NCBI GenBank assembly: GCA_002414385.1
Contig: DHZH01000002.1
Span: 406,914-470,913 of the forward strand
Length of the DNA: 64,000 nt
Source: Gammaproteobacteria bacterium UBA5109
GTDB taxonomy: Bacteria > Pseudomonadota > Gammaproteobacteria > Pseudomonadales > Pseudohongiellaceae
Direction of reading: 5' to 3'
Each line of letters begins with the position of its first letter. The stretch's first letter is position 1. Shown here one piece after another: positions 11,827 through 20,988 of this stretch. A model generated the notes under the pieces. It was given only the letters and a program-made list of their open reading frames with translations, was not told the origin of the DNA and ran no database searches. The translations under genes were made by a program, and so were the position numbers.

Positions 11827-12378
11827 TCAGTTTGATTTCATGACTTTGTCACCGGTCTTTATTGAGCCTGATTTAATGACCTTAGTGTTGATGCCACGCA
11901 GATTAAGTTTTTTGCCGTAGTCCGAATTTACAAATTTCATTGCTTCCAGTCCAAAACGGCTAACAAATTTTTTGCAGCCTGTATGGGGTACTGGTGTAAC
12001 TTCAATGATTGCGTTTCCAATCGACAATCGTGTGCCGGCAGGCAGATTTTCATTGCTCAAGTCCATGTCAATAAAAAGCTGATCGCCCGCCAGCGACCAG
12101 CGGCTCCTGTTTTGCGCTACCAGCTGGGCGACCCGGGAGTTCATGATAGTAAGCTGCATCTGTGGATCGGCGGAGCCGTCCGGCATGGACTTGCTACCAC
12201 GGCTCTTCCAGTTGTCACCGAGCAAGCCTTTATCGATATCCAGGCGAGCATTGTCAAGCACATGTCGCTTTGCAGTTTCTGGACGGGCAACAATTAACTC
12301 CAGAAGTCCGTTGTTTTCGGGAGAATCCAGTATGTGCTCCAGCCCGGCTTCAAGTTCTTCCCTGTCTGCTTGATCCAT
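11827..12378 (-). CDS. MOSC domain-containing protein
   Basis: 183 aa. The beta-barrel MOSC-like C-terminus (LSIGNAIIEVTPVPHTGCKKF) contains the conserved Cys. Confidence 0.7.
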   Translation of the reverse strand: MDQADREELEAGLEHILDSPENNGLLELIVARPETAKRHVLDNARLDIDKGLLGDNWKSRGSKSMPDGSADPQMQLTIMNSRVAQLVAQNRSRWSLAGDQLFIDMDLSNENLPAGTRLSIGNAIIEVTPVPHTGCKKFVSRFGLEAMKFVNSDYGKKLNLRGINTKVIKSGSIKTGDKVMKSN

Positions 12379-12411
12379 CGTATTACCCTGTGCGATTGAG
12401 TTCCTGTGTCA

Positions 12412-13482
12412 TTATTCCCTTGATTTAAACTTCCTGGAACTTTTCATGACACTTTTGTAAAAACGTCCCATGGCTTTGTCATTCTGTCGTCTTTGAACAA
12501 GGCTTGCACTATTTCGAGCCTGCTCAGCAAGCAGCTTATGGTAATTATCAAAACGTTGCTGCTCAAGCTTGCCGGATTCAAGTGCCTCAATAACTGCACA
12601 CCCGGGTTCACTCTGATGCTGACAATCCCTGAATCGGCATTTGCTGGCCAGTGCTTCGATGTCAGAAAAAGTGGCCTTGATGCCCGCTTCATTATCGACC
12701 ATCTGTAACTCGCGCATACCAGGACTATCCAGCAGCAGCCCGCCATCTGCTAAAACATGCAGACTTCTGGAGGTGGTGGTGTGTCGTCCCTTGCTGTCCT
12801 GTTCACGAATGGCCGCCGTCGACTGTTCCTGGTTCCCACTTAGGCTATTGGTGATGGTTGACTTGCCAACGCCTGATGAGCCAAGTAAAGCTACTGTCTG
12901 TCCGGGTGTAATCCATTTCTTCAGAGCTTCCAGGCTTGTTGCATCAGTGGCATTTACCTGCTCTACATGCAGTTGGGGCTGGGCATCCGCAAGTGCTGTA
13001 AGGAAAGGAGCGACATCCTCACACAGATCAACTTTTGTCAAAACCACGATGCAATGAATGCCAGACTCGGCAGCAATTGATAAATATCGGTCAATTCTGT
13101 TGATATTAAATTCATCATTGCACGAGGTAATAATAAATACAGTATCAATATTGGCAGCGATAAGCTGAATTGCGGATTCCTTACCGGGACTTCTGCGTTT
13201 GATGAGAGTTTTTCGTTCAAGGACTTTCAGGGCTTGATATTCAGTATCAAGCATTATCCAGTCGCCAACAGTCGGGTGAGCTTCCGGCGGCTCATTGCGC
13301 CAGTGATAGGCGGATATGTGTAACAGCTTTTGCCGGTTATCCCTGTCCAGGCCAAGGCACTCAAAAAGATCACGCTGCACGGCAATCACCCGGAATGGAA
13401 GTTGTGACCCAATTGCATCCAGGTCTAACTGGGACTGAAAGTAATTACTCCAGCCCAGGTCAAAAAGGTTATGAATTTGCAT
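12412..13482 (-). CDS. rsgA: Ribosome small-subunit-dependent GTPase A
   Basis: 356 aa. Circularly permuted GTPase motifs (TKVDL before GSSGVGKSTITNSL) and the C-terminal zinc finger CRFRDCQHQSEPGCAV. Confidence 0.85.
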   Translation of the reverse strand: MQIHNLFDLGWSNYFQSQLDLDAIGSQLPFRVIAVQRDLFECLGLDRDNRQKLLHISAYHWRNEPPEAHPTVGDWIMLDTEYQALKVLERKTLIKRRSPGKESAIQLIAANIDTVFIITSCNDEFNINRIDRYLSIAAESGIHCIVVLTKVDLCEDVAPFLTALADAQPQLHVEQVNATDATSLEALKKWITPGQTVALLGSSGVGKSTITNSLSGNQEQSTAAIREQDSKGRHTTTSRSLHVLADGGLLLDSPGMRELQMVDNEAGIKATFSDIEALASKCRFRDCQHQSEPGCAVIEALESGKLEQQRFDNYHKLLAEQARNSASLVQRRQNDKAMGRFYKSVMKSSRKFKSRE

Positions 13483-13951
13483 TGTTGTAATCCCAAAAAA
13501 TCTGTAACTGTTATTCGGGCAGTATCAGAAGTAGTTAAGTTTTTCTGATTAACCGAAAAGACTGGGATTCACTTGAATCCCGGCTGCGGGCCGGGGAGTT
13601 TGAAACTGGATCGAAGAGGCAGGGGAGTGAGTTTGCAAGCAAAGCTGTATCAGCGAATTACTCTTTCACCCCTTGCTGCTCCATGGTACTGACCCGATAC
13701 CGGCCTGAGAAATATTTAAGTACAATCATATGCATGCCTCCTGCTGAAATTCGTTGAACTTTCAGCCAGTATAGCACCAGGAATTCGGGATAGGTAAAGC
13801 TCCCGACATAAATATGCACAGGCAAAGTGCCTGAATCCGGTAAATTAAAACCAATCTGCCTTATATTTTCTGATAAAGGTTTGATATCGCATGAATCTGT
13901 GCCATATTTCAAAACACAAAAATAATCACAAACTTCAACGAGGGACGCTTC

Positions 13952-14347
13952 ATGTCGACAGATAATGCAAAACTCATATTACGTTTAACCCTGGGGATAT
14001 TGCTGTTGTTTCATGGCTGGGCCAAAGTGACTGGTGGTATCGGCTTTATCGAAGGTTTGCTGCAAAACAATGGGCTTCCCGGATTTCTGGGTTACCTGGT
14101 TTATGTCGGAGAAGTCGTGGCGCCATTATTGCTGCTGGCGGGGGCTTATGTTCGGGTAGGCGCTGCCCTGATTATTGGTAATATGGTGGTTGCAATTCTG
14201 CTGGTTCACACCGGGGATATTTTTGCCCTGAATGGCACCGGCGGATGGGCAATTGAGTTACAAATGTTTTATCTGATGAATGCTGTCGTAATTCTGATGC
14301 TGGGTGCTGGTAAATACAGCTTCATGCCAGCAAGTAAATGGAATTAA
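13952..14347 (+). CDS. DoxX-family membrane protein
   Basis: 131 aa with four TM segments. LRLTLGILLLFHGWAKV is the typical DoxX N-terminal motif. Confidence 0.75.
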   Translation: MSTDNAKLILRLTLGILLLFHGWAKVTGGIGFIEGLLQNNGLPGFLGYLVYVGEVVAPLLLLAGAYVRVGAALIIGNMVVAILLVHTGDIFALNGTGGWAIELQMFYLMNAVVILMLGAGKYSFMPASKWN

Positions 14348-15240
14348 TCCGCTGAATTTCGGGCCAGTAACCAGGCGGTCAGCAGTTTAATCTGCTGATC
14401 GTCCAGGGTTTCAGCAAAGGCTGGCATCTGTCCCATCCGGCCTTCAATTATTGTAGTGCGCACGCTGCCAATTTCATCGCCGTAAAGCCAGACATCATCA
14501 TTGAGGCGTGGTGCGCCAAGCACGGGATTACCGTCACCGTTTGGGCCGTGACAGGCTATACAGAATCTATCGTAGTAGCGTTTGCCTGGATGAGCAGCAT
14601 CAATACCATCGGACATCGATAACACAAATTCTGCCACATTCTGTAATTGACCTTCGCCGCCCAGTGCCGACAGCCAGCCAACCATGGCGGCATTACGGCC
14701 GTTACGAATGCTCTGTTCGATCTGTGCCGGCATGCCTCCCCATTGCCAGACGCCATCAGAGAGACTGGGAAACAGTCCGGCCTGACCCCGGGCATCAATT
14801 CCGTGACAGGCTGAGCAGTGCTCCTCAAAAATCCCGGCGGCAGTATTCATGGCTAATTCATTGCTCCCCAGCGCTTCATATGAGCTGGAGACGATTTGCT
14901 GTTCCAGTGGTTCAAATTCGGCATTGTAGGAAGCCTGACGCTCAGCCAGCTGGCCACCCTGTGACCACTGGAAAGCACCTTGGAATGAACCGAGTCCCGG
15001 ATAAAGCATCAGGTAGACCACACTGAATACCATCATCGCCAGGATAAGCCAGAACCACCACAAGGGTGCCGGGGTATTGCCTTCCTGAAGATTCTCATCC
15101 CATACCGGTTCTTCATGTAACTGATCATCACCAGAGCGCAGCAGGTAAATGCTGAGCACCAGCCAGGCAAGACCAAGCAGGCTGGTGACAGTAATGACAA
15201 TTATCCAGCCGCTCCAGAAATCGTTGGGCATGATTGCCAT
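14344..15240 (-). CDS. ccoP: cbb3-type cytochrome c oxidase subunit III (diheme)
   Basis: 298 aa with an N-terminal TM and two heme-binding motifs, CSACH and CIACH. It is the last gene of the ccoNOQP array. Confidence 0.9.
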   Translation of the reverse strand: MAIMPNDFWSGWIIVITVTSLLGLAWLVLSIYLLRSGDDQLHEEPVWDENLQEGNTPAPLWWFWLILAMMVFSVVYLMLYPGLGSFQGAFQWSQGGQLAERQASYNAEFEPLEQQIVSSSYEALGSNELAMNTAAGIFEEHCSACHGIDARGQAGLFPSLSDGVWQWGGMPAQIEQSIRNGRNAAMVGWLSALGGEGQLQNVAEFVLSMSDGIDAAHPGKRYYDRFCIACHGPNGDGNPVLGAPRLNDDVWLYGDEIGSVRTTIIEGRMGQMPAFAETLDDQQIKLLTAWLLARNSAD

Positions 15241-15242
15241 GC

Positions 15243-15374
15243 TTATTCGTCCTCCAGTGGAATACGGGCATGATGTTCAGCGGCTTCCTTACCATCCCGG
15301 GTAGTCACCCAGATCACCAGAACAGCCATGAAAAACATCACCAGCATGTCGCCAACAAACAAGAATAATGTCAT
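15243..15374 (-). CDS. ccoQ: cbb3-type oxidase small subunit CcoQ, not in the ORF track
   Basis: My own translation gives MTLFLFVGDMLVMFFMAVLVIWVTTRDGKEAAEHHARIPLEDE* (43 aa, one TM). Its ATG overlaps the ccoO stop (TAATG). Its stop lies 2 nt before the ccoP ATG, the canonical position for ccoQ. Confidence 0.65.
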   Translation of the reverse strand: MTLFLFVGDMLVMFFMAVLVIWVTTRDGKEAAEHHARIPLEDE

Positions 15375-16021
15375 TACATTCCCTCCATCGGGGCATCAGC
15401 CTGGGAAGCATCGAAGCTGGTCCCCAGCATTTGCAGATAACGAATCAGGGCTTCCATTTCAGTCAGTCCCTGCAAAGCAGCCTCTGCATTATTGATATCT
15501 TCAGGGCTGTAGGGGTGGCCCATGCTCTGCAGAACCTGCATTTTCCGCTGTATGTCGCCAGCCGCCGAGGCTGGACGTTCGCTCAGCCAGGGATAGGCAG
15601 GCATGATTGACTCAGGCACCACTGCTCTTGGATTCAGCAAATGGGTTTCGTGCCACTGGTCACTGTATTTGCCGCCTATACGATGTAAATCGGGTCCAGT
15701 ACGTTTCGAGCCCCACAGGAAAGGTCGGTCATATACAAATTCACCGGAACGTGAATATGGCCCGTAACGTTCTACTTCTGCCACCAGTGGTCGTATCTGC
15801 TGGGAATGACAGACATGACAGCCTTCACGAATATAAATATCACGCCCGGTTAATTCGACTGCATCATAGACACGGGTATTCATTGTCGGTGTGCTCAGGG
15901 TTTCATCATTAAGACTCGGCAGAATCTGTACCAGACCGCCTATTGAGGATATAAACAGAATGCCGAAAATCAGCAGACCGGTGTTCTGTTCCAGGATCCG
16001 GTGTAGTTTGAGTGCATTCAT
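15374..16021 (-). CDS. ccoO: cbb3-type cytochrome c oxidase subunit II (monoheme)
   Basis: 215 aa with an N-terminal TM and the heme motif CHVCHSQ. It overlaps the ccoN stop by 4 nt. Confidence 0.93.
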   Translation of the reverse strand: MNALKLHRILEQNTGLLIFGILFISSIGGLVQILPSLNDETLSTPTMNTRVYDAVELTGRDIYIREGCHVCHSQQIRPLVAEVERYGPYSRSGEFVYDRPFLWGSKRTGPDLHRIGGKYSDQWHETHLLNPRAVVPESIMPAYPWLSERPASAAGDIQRKMQVLQSMGHPYSPEDINNAEAALQGLTEMEALIRYLQMLGTSFDASQADAPMEGM

Positions 16022-17505
16022 GCGGCGGGGACTCCCGGAGCAATAGTGGTTTCATCCTTGCCAGCCTTTCGGTCGAGGCGGAATTTCTCCGGTACCGGAG
16101 GTGGAGTGACCGGGACAGTATTACGTCCCCGCATCGTCATTCCCAGATTCCAGGCCATCAGAATGGTGCCGATGAAAAAGATCAGGCCGGCAATCAGGCG
16201 CAGCCCGTAATAGGAGGTCATGGATGCCATGATTTCCCGGAAGCTGAAACTCAGCTGACCGTAATCATCTACGCTGAGCCACATCAGGCCCTGTGACACG
16301 CCACCGGCCCACATGGAAAGGATATATAAAATGGTTCCGGACAGTGCCAGCCAGAAATGGATATTTGCCAGTCGGATACTGTGCAGAGGCTGACCGACCA
16401 GTTTCGGTACCAGAAAGTAGAAAGTGCCGTAGGTAATCATGGCATTCCACCCCAAGGCACCGGAATGCACATGGCCAATAGTCCAGTCTGTAAAATGACT
16501 GACTACATTGACGCTGCGGATAGCCATCATCGGGCCTTCAAAAGTTGCCAGACCGTAAAACGCCAGTGACAGGACGATAAATTTGAGTGCCGGATCAACC
16601 CTAAGCTTTTGCCAGGCCTTACTTACTGTCATGATGCCGTTAATCATGGTTGCCCAGGATGGCGCCAGCAGAATCAGGCTCATTACCATACCCAGTGACT
16701 GCACCCATTCGGGAATCGAGTTGTAATGCAAGTGATGCGGCCCGGCCCAGATATAAGAGTAGGTAAATGCCCAGAAGGAAATGACCGAGAGCCGGTAACT
16801 CCAGATTGGCTGCTCGGAATGCTTGGGCAAAAAGTAATACAGCATGCCAAGAAAACCGCCGGTCAGTAAAAAGCCGACCGCATTATGTCCGTACCACCAT
16901 TGCACGATAGCATCCTGGGCGCCGGCATAAAGTGAATAGGATTTTCCGAAGGTAACCGGAATGGCCAGATTGTTGACGATATGGAGCATGGCAATGACGA
17001 TGATCAGGCCGCCATAAAACCAGTTGGAAATATAAATCGGCCGGATACGCCGGGTGGCGATAGTGCCGAAAAACACTACACCGAAGCAAACCCAGATAAT
17101 CGCGATAGCAATATCAAAAGGCCATTCAAGTTCGGCATATTCCTTGCTGGAGGTCCAGCCGGCCAGCAGGGAAATAGCTCCGAGTATGACCAGTAGCTGC
17201 CAGGCATAACAGCAAAACCAGGCCAGTTTGGGCATAAACAGTGGAACATGGGAAGTACGCTGTACACTGTAGAAAGCTGTTGCCATCAGGGCACTGACAC
17301 CGAAACCGAAAATGATGCCGTTGGTGTGTACTGGACGTAGTCGGCCAAAGGAAAGCCAGAACTGACCAAAATCAATTGTAGGCCATATAAATTCTGCAGC
17401 CAGATAGACGCCGGCTCCCATGGCAATAATTACCCAGAATACTGAAAACTGTATCAGGCGCTTGACTACTGCGTCATGATAAATTTCCTGGTTACTTTGT
17501 GACAT
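16018..17505 (-). CDS. ccoN: cbb3-type cytochrome c oxidase subunit I
   Basis: 495 aa polytopic heme-copper oxidase. His ligand regions are present (GHNAVGF, WAGPHHLHY, IGHVHSGALGW). An AGGAG RBS lies upstream. Confidence 0.95.
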   Translation of the reverse strand: MSQSNQEIYHDAVVKRLIQFSVFWVIIAMGAGVYLAAEFIWPTIDFGQFWLSFGRLRPVHTNGIIFGFGVSALMATAFYSVQRTSHVPLFMPKLAWFCCYAWQLLVILGAISLLAGWTSSKEYAELEWPFDIAIAIIWVCFGVVFFGTIATRRIRPIYISNWFYGGLIIVIAMLHIVNNLAIPVTFGKSYSLYAGAQDAIVQWWYGHNAVGFLLTGGFLGMLYYFLPKHSEQPIWSYRLSVISFWAFTYSYIWAGPHHLHYNSIPEWVQSLGMVMSLILLAPSWATMINGIMTVSKAWQKLRVDPALKFIVLSLAFYGLATFEGPMMAIRSVNVVSHFTDWTIGHVHSGALGWNAMITYGTFYFLVPKLVGQPLHSIRLANIHFWLALSGTILYILSMWAGGVSQGLMWLSVDDYGQLSFSFREIMASMTSYYGLRLIAGLIFFIGTILMAWNLGMTMRGRNTVPVTPPPVPEKFRLDRKAGKDETTIAPGVPAA

Positions 17506-17519
17506 TCATGCTCCTGAAT

Positions 17520-18122
17520 TTATACAGCGATAGATGGTCCGATGCCGACTGTCCATAAGCCAACCGATATTCCCAGAATGCTGACAGCACCAACCAGCAG
17601 CCAGCCTACCAGTGAAGTAGACATAAGCATGCCACGCTCCGGCGGAATTTCCAGTGCCACCGGCAAGCCTCGATATAAAAGGCTCATGCACCAGATAAGT
17701 GTCGGCAAAAGAATCAGCACATTGAAAAAGCCGTTCGGATAAATGTGCGCAATACTGGCCACAGTGATAGGAAAGAACACGACCGTGAGCAAGGAAAAAT
17801 AAGCGCGGCTGCTTTTTTTAACGCCGTAAGTGCTGCCCATCCACTGCGCAATATAAACAGTTCCGAAAAAACCGATACACAGAGCCCCGAAATAACTCAG
17901 GCTGATGATCAGTCGCACCGTATTTTCCATGTAGAGGGGGCTTGCCGAACCCAGCCGCCAGCCAAACATGCCGGTCCCGAGCCATAAAAATAGTGGTGGC
18001 AGAATCAGCAGAACAGGTAACATGAAAGCCAGTGCTGGAGAAGAAAAAGCGTTGCCTTTGGCTATCTCGGTAAAGATCAGTCCGGGTCTGAACAAGGGGT
18101 AGAAAAAATTTGCTTTTTGCAT
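17520..18122 (-). CDS. Yip1-family (DUF1282-like) membrane protein, apparently co-transcribed with ccoNOQP
   Basis: 200 aa with five hydrophobic segments. Its stop is only 14 nt upstream of the ccoN ATG. The family call is by topology and general resemblance only. Confidence 0.55.
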   Translation of the reverse strand: MQKANFFYPLFRPGLIFTEIAKGNAFSSPALAFMLPVLLILPPLFLWLGTGMFGWRLGSASPLYMENTVRLIISLSYFGALCIGFFGTVYIAQWMGSTYGVKKSSRAYFSLLTVVFFPITVASIAHIYPNGFFNVLILLPTLIWCMSLLYRGLPVALEIPPERGMLMSTSLVGWLLVGAVSILGISVGLWTVGIGPSIAV

Positions 18123-18186
18123 AGCTCGGTTCAGTGATCAATTTACCAACAAGTGTTAATTCTATCAGGATTATTACGCGCGCAGC

Positions 18187-18200
18187 TTGATAATAGTCAA
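18187..18200. promoter_or_regulatory. FNR/Anr-like box
   Basis: TTGATaataGTCAA differs at one position from the TTGAT-N4-ATCAA consensus. Its centre is ~71 nt upstream of the Yip1-like ATG that heads the cco unit. Confidence 0.35.
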
Positions 18201-18310
18201 TATCACCTTATCAAAAATATTAATTTTACTAAACAATGTTTTCTGGCTGAAAACAGTCTTTTTGTTTGTCTGTCTGTTTATGTTCTCGATCTTTGCTTGA
18301 ATAATGGCTG

Positions 18311-19471
18311 TTAAACACTTGCCTGGTCGATTCTTTCCCGGGTCAGAATTGGCCAGTAGGTAATGATAAAAACCAGAAAACCCAGGCTCCAAGCCAGGCC
18401 GGATATAGTCAGAATAACAGCCGAGGAATGAATTCCCAGTCCGTAAGCCAGACGGCAGATTGCAGCTAGTGTAATCAGGTAATAACTGAATACACTGTAA
18501 GGAGGTAACTTCAACTGTCTGCCAGTGTGCCCCAGGGAAACTCTGGTCATAACACCGATAATCATAGTGCCGATAGCTCCCAGGCCGAGAGCATGAATCC
18601 ACACGGAAGGGGTAATGAACGGAAAAAACAGCCCCATGCCCTTCAGAAAGAGAGCAAGAATCACCCAGAAATAGCCTAGATGCAGGACCCACAAAAGTGG
18701 CTCACTAAAGGTTAACCAGCCCTTCCAACCGAGCAGACGGGCTAGCAACAATACAGAGCTAAGCAGTGCCAGGTATGCACTGATCATTGTCGCAGCCAGA
18801 AACACATCGGCAATGAGGAGCAGAAACAGGCAGGAAAAGCAGGAGATATCCAGTAACTTGCTGGATTTTATAAGGCTGCGCTCCTGGCCCTTTCTTGCCA
18901 GCCAGTTTGCCGTAAATGCGGGGATGATTCTTCCGCCAACCAACACGATCAATATGAGAATAACCTCCAGTGAAAAGAGCCTGCCTCTTGTGGAGAGGAT
19001 GAGATTGTCAGTATTGATGCCCCAGTGAATAACGATATTTGCGCATAACAACAGGAGCAACAAGCAACTCATCGGCAGATTACGCCAGTTTCTATGCTTG
19101 AAAAGGATGTAGCTTACGTACAGCAGAAGAAAAAGCAGGAACAGGATATCCAGTAGGGAAACCAGCTTCACGCCAAAAACACCGGGAAACAAAAAGGCGA
19201 TTCTTCCTAGCAGCCATATCCCCACAACAACACCCAGATATTTACCGCTTAATGGCTGGGAACCTGTCCAGGTACAGATGGCTGTCAGCATAAAGCCGGC
19301 AACGGCAGCCAATACAAAGCCAAAAATTAATTCGTGAGAATGCCAGATAAAAAGCGGAACCGGATCAACAGAAATTAGACCGGAAAAAAAAATACCCAGC
19401 CAAAGCGGCACTATAAGCACCGCATAAGCGGCGGTAAGGAGAAAAAAGATTCTAAAAGGAAAAGCTAACAA
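18311..19471 (-). CDS. nnrS: NnrS-family heme/copper membrane protein (NO-stress associated)
   Basis: 386 aa with ~12 TM segments. The conserved WHSHELIFGF motif is typical of NnrS. Confidence 0.8.
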   Translation of the reverse strand: MLAFPFRIFFLLTAAYAVLIVPLWLGIFFSGLISVDPVPLFIWHSHELIFGFVLAAVAGFMLTAICTWTGSQPLSGKYLGVVVGIWLLGRIAFLFPGVFGVKLVSLLDILFLLFLLLYVSYILFKHRNWRNLPMSCLLLLLLCANIVIHWGINTDNLILSTRGRLFSLEVILILIVLVGGRIIPAFTANWLARKGQERSLIKSSKLLDISCFSCLFLLLIADVFLAATMISAYLALLSSVLLLARLLGWKGWLTFSEPLLWVLHLGYFWVILALFLKGMGLFFPFITPSVWIHALGLGAIGTMIIGVMTRVSLGHTGRQLKLPPYSVFSYYLITLAAICRLAYGLGIHSSAVILTISGLAWSLGFLVFIITYWPILTRERIDQASV

Positions 19472-19647
19472 ATTCCTACCTGGTATATTTTTCGCAAATT
19501 CAGATAGAGCAATCTACAGGTCTCGTCGTTTTCCTTGCAGAAAGCTCTCTCTTCAGTCAGCAGCGTGCCTTTGCAGAATTTTGCTGAACTGATGACGCTG
19601 GACTCGTTCAGATCATAGTTTTCATTGACAAAGCTTATTATAATTCA

Positions 19648-19672
19648 AATAATGTATTTTAAATACATTATT
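19648..19672. promoter_or_regulatory. NsrR-like (Rrf2 family, NO-responsive) operator
   Basis: A 12-1-12 palindrome reads AATAATGTATTT-t-AAATACATTATT. Its core ATGTATTTTAAATACAT matches the gammaproteobacterial NsrR motif as I recall it (AAGATGyATTT-N-AAATrCATCTT). It lies between divergent nnrS and the 19703 membrane-protein gene. Confidence 0.55.
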
Positions 19673-19702
19673 ATATGTGCCGTGTTTCCAGTGAAGCTTT
19701 CT

Positions 19703-20149
19703 ATGAAGATTCAGCTCGAAAAATCCATCATATTTAGCGTTATTTGTCTGGTCTGGATTGGCTTGGTGCTGGGTGTTTCCTTTCTTGCCACGCCGGTAAA
19801 GTTCATGGCACCCAGTCTGTCCTTGTCGGTGGCTCTCGATATAGGGAGGCAAACATTTAAGGTATTTAATGTCCTGGAATTAATGTTGGTTTTTTGTGTA
19901 CTGACACTGGGCTTTTTACTGGGCAGAAAACGGATACATGTTTACATCGCGCTGCTTGCGCTTATCATCTTTCTCCAGACAGTTTGGCTCTTGCCTGTGC
20001 TTGACGACCGTGTCGAAGTGATAATGGGAGGAGGAGCGGTCGATGAATCATCCCTGCACAGTATCTATATCGTGTTGGAATTTATGAAGCTTGTTTTATT
20101 ATTCTGCATGGCTTTTAGCGGCATGAAAGTTTCTACTGTGGCGAAATAG
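19703..20149 (+). CDS. Four-TM membrane protein, DUF4149-like
   Basis: I prefer the start MKIQLEKS at 19703; the ORF-track start at 19625 would overlap the operator. SFLATPVKFMAPSL and DIGRQTFKVF resemble DUF4149. Confidence 0.5.
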   Translation: MKIQLEKSIIFSVICLVWIGLVLGVSFLATPVKFMAPSLSLSVALDIGRQTFKVFNVLELMLVFCVLTLGFLLGRKRIHVYIALLALIIFLQTVWLLPVLDDRVEVIMGGGAVDESSLHSIYIVLEFMKLVLLFCMAFSGMKVSTVAK

Positions 20150-20167
20150 GGAAGCTGCATGTTTTTC

Positions 20168-20905
20168 TCAGACTTTTCTGAGAGCTCTTGCCAGAGACCA
20201 GGCATGAATTTCTTCGGCGCCATATTTCCTTAGAATTTTGCACAGCGACTGGATGCTGGCCGTGGTCGTTATAACATCATCAACAATTGCAACACAGGCT
20301 GGCAGGCTGATGGAATTATTCCGGCAGGTAAATGCTCTATGCAGGTTACTGCGGCGCTGTTGTATATTCAGTCCTTCCTGCGGACTGGTATACCTGTTGC
20401 GGGTAAAATTCTGGTAGTCGATGGGAATATCCAGATTGCGGCCCAGTATTCTGGCAATTTCCAGCGCCTGGTTATAGCCACGCTCACGCACACGCTTTGC
20501 ATGTAAGGGCATGGGGATCAGCAGGTCCGGCAACGGGCGATGCTGGTAGACAACTTCAAGTTTTTGCAGCAGCAGCTCTGAGAGCACCCTGCCATAAGCA
20601 AGTTTATCGGCGTATTTGAAAGCGCTGATCAGGGAATTGACGGGCTCGGCATAATTAAATGCTGAAATGATCCGTGTATAGGGCGGCGTTTTGTTGATAC
20701 AGCGTCCGCAAATATCTCCTTTGTAAGATCCTGTTCTCAAGGGTAGGCCGCAACAGAGACAGGGGGAAGCAGGCCTGGGAAGATTCGCCTCACAGTCCAG
20801 ACACAAATCAAGCTGGCGATAGGAAGCCTTGTCGCATATGACACAGGTTCCCGGAAACAAACAAAACTGGATATTATTTAACCACCTGTTAACTTTTGCC
20901 ATCAA
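20168..20905 (-). CDS. comF: ComF-family protein (phosphoribosyltransferase-like)
   Basis: 245 aa. N-terminal Cys-rich zinc-finger region (CVICD...CLDCE...CLCCG...CGRC) and the PRTase motif VAIVDDVITTTAS. Confidence 0.8.
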   Translation of the reverse strand: MMAKVNRWLNNIQFCLFPGTCVICDKASYRQLDLCLDCEANLPRPASPCLCCGLPLRTGSYKGDICGRCINKTPPYTRIISAFNYAEPVNSLISAFKYADKLAYGRVLSELLLQKLEVVYQHRPLPDLLIPMPLHAKRVRERGYNQALEIARILGRNLDIPIDYQNFTRNRYTSPQEGLNIQQRRSNLHRAFTCRNNSISLPACVAIVDDVITTTASIQSLCKILRKYGAEEIHAWSLARALRKV

Positions 20906-20988
20906 ATCAGTTGACCTGTAGAATTCTTGCTTTAATTCAGGGTAGTTGAAGCTATCCGGCTATCCACTTTTCGGCAGGAACAAATTTT

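Noticed and set aside
13564-13581. 18-bp palindrome GGGATTCActTGAATCCC downstream of the rsgA start region
   Set aside because: It is real in the sequence, but it is isolated and has a 2-nt centre, which is too tight for an RNA hairpin. It matches no motif I know, so it is noted only.
13658-13912. 84-aa minus-strand ORF in the rsgA / doxX intergenic region
   Set aside because: It has a TTG start with no visible Shine-Dalgarno, no recognisable motif, and composition unlike neighbouring genes. It could be real, but I cannot support it.
18174-18692. 172-aa minus-strand ORF overlapping the 3' part of nnrS in another frame
   Set aside because: The nnrS frame gives a coherent 12-TM protein with the HSHE motif. 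The alternative frame gives a Cys/Ser/Pro-rich sequence without features.
20906-20988. BirA operator upstream of bioB
   Set aside because: I looked for a TGTAAACC...GGTTTACA-type inverted repeat. Only a poor partial repeat (TTGACCTG ... CAGGGTAGTTG) is present, which is not convincing.
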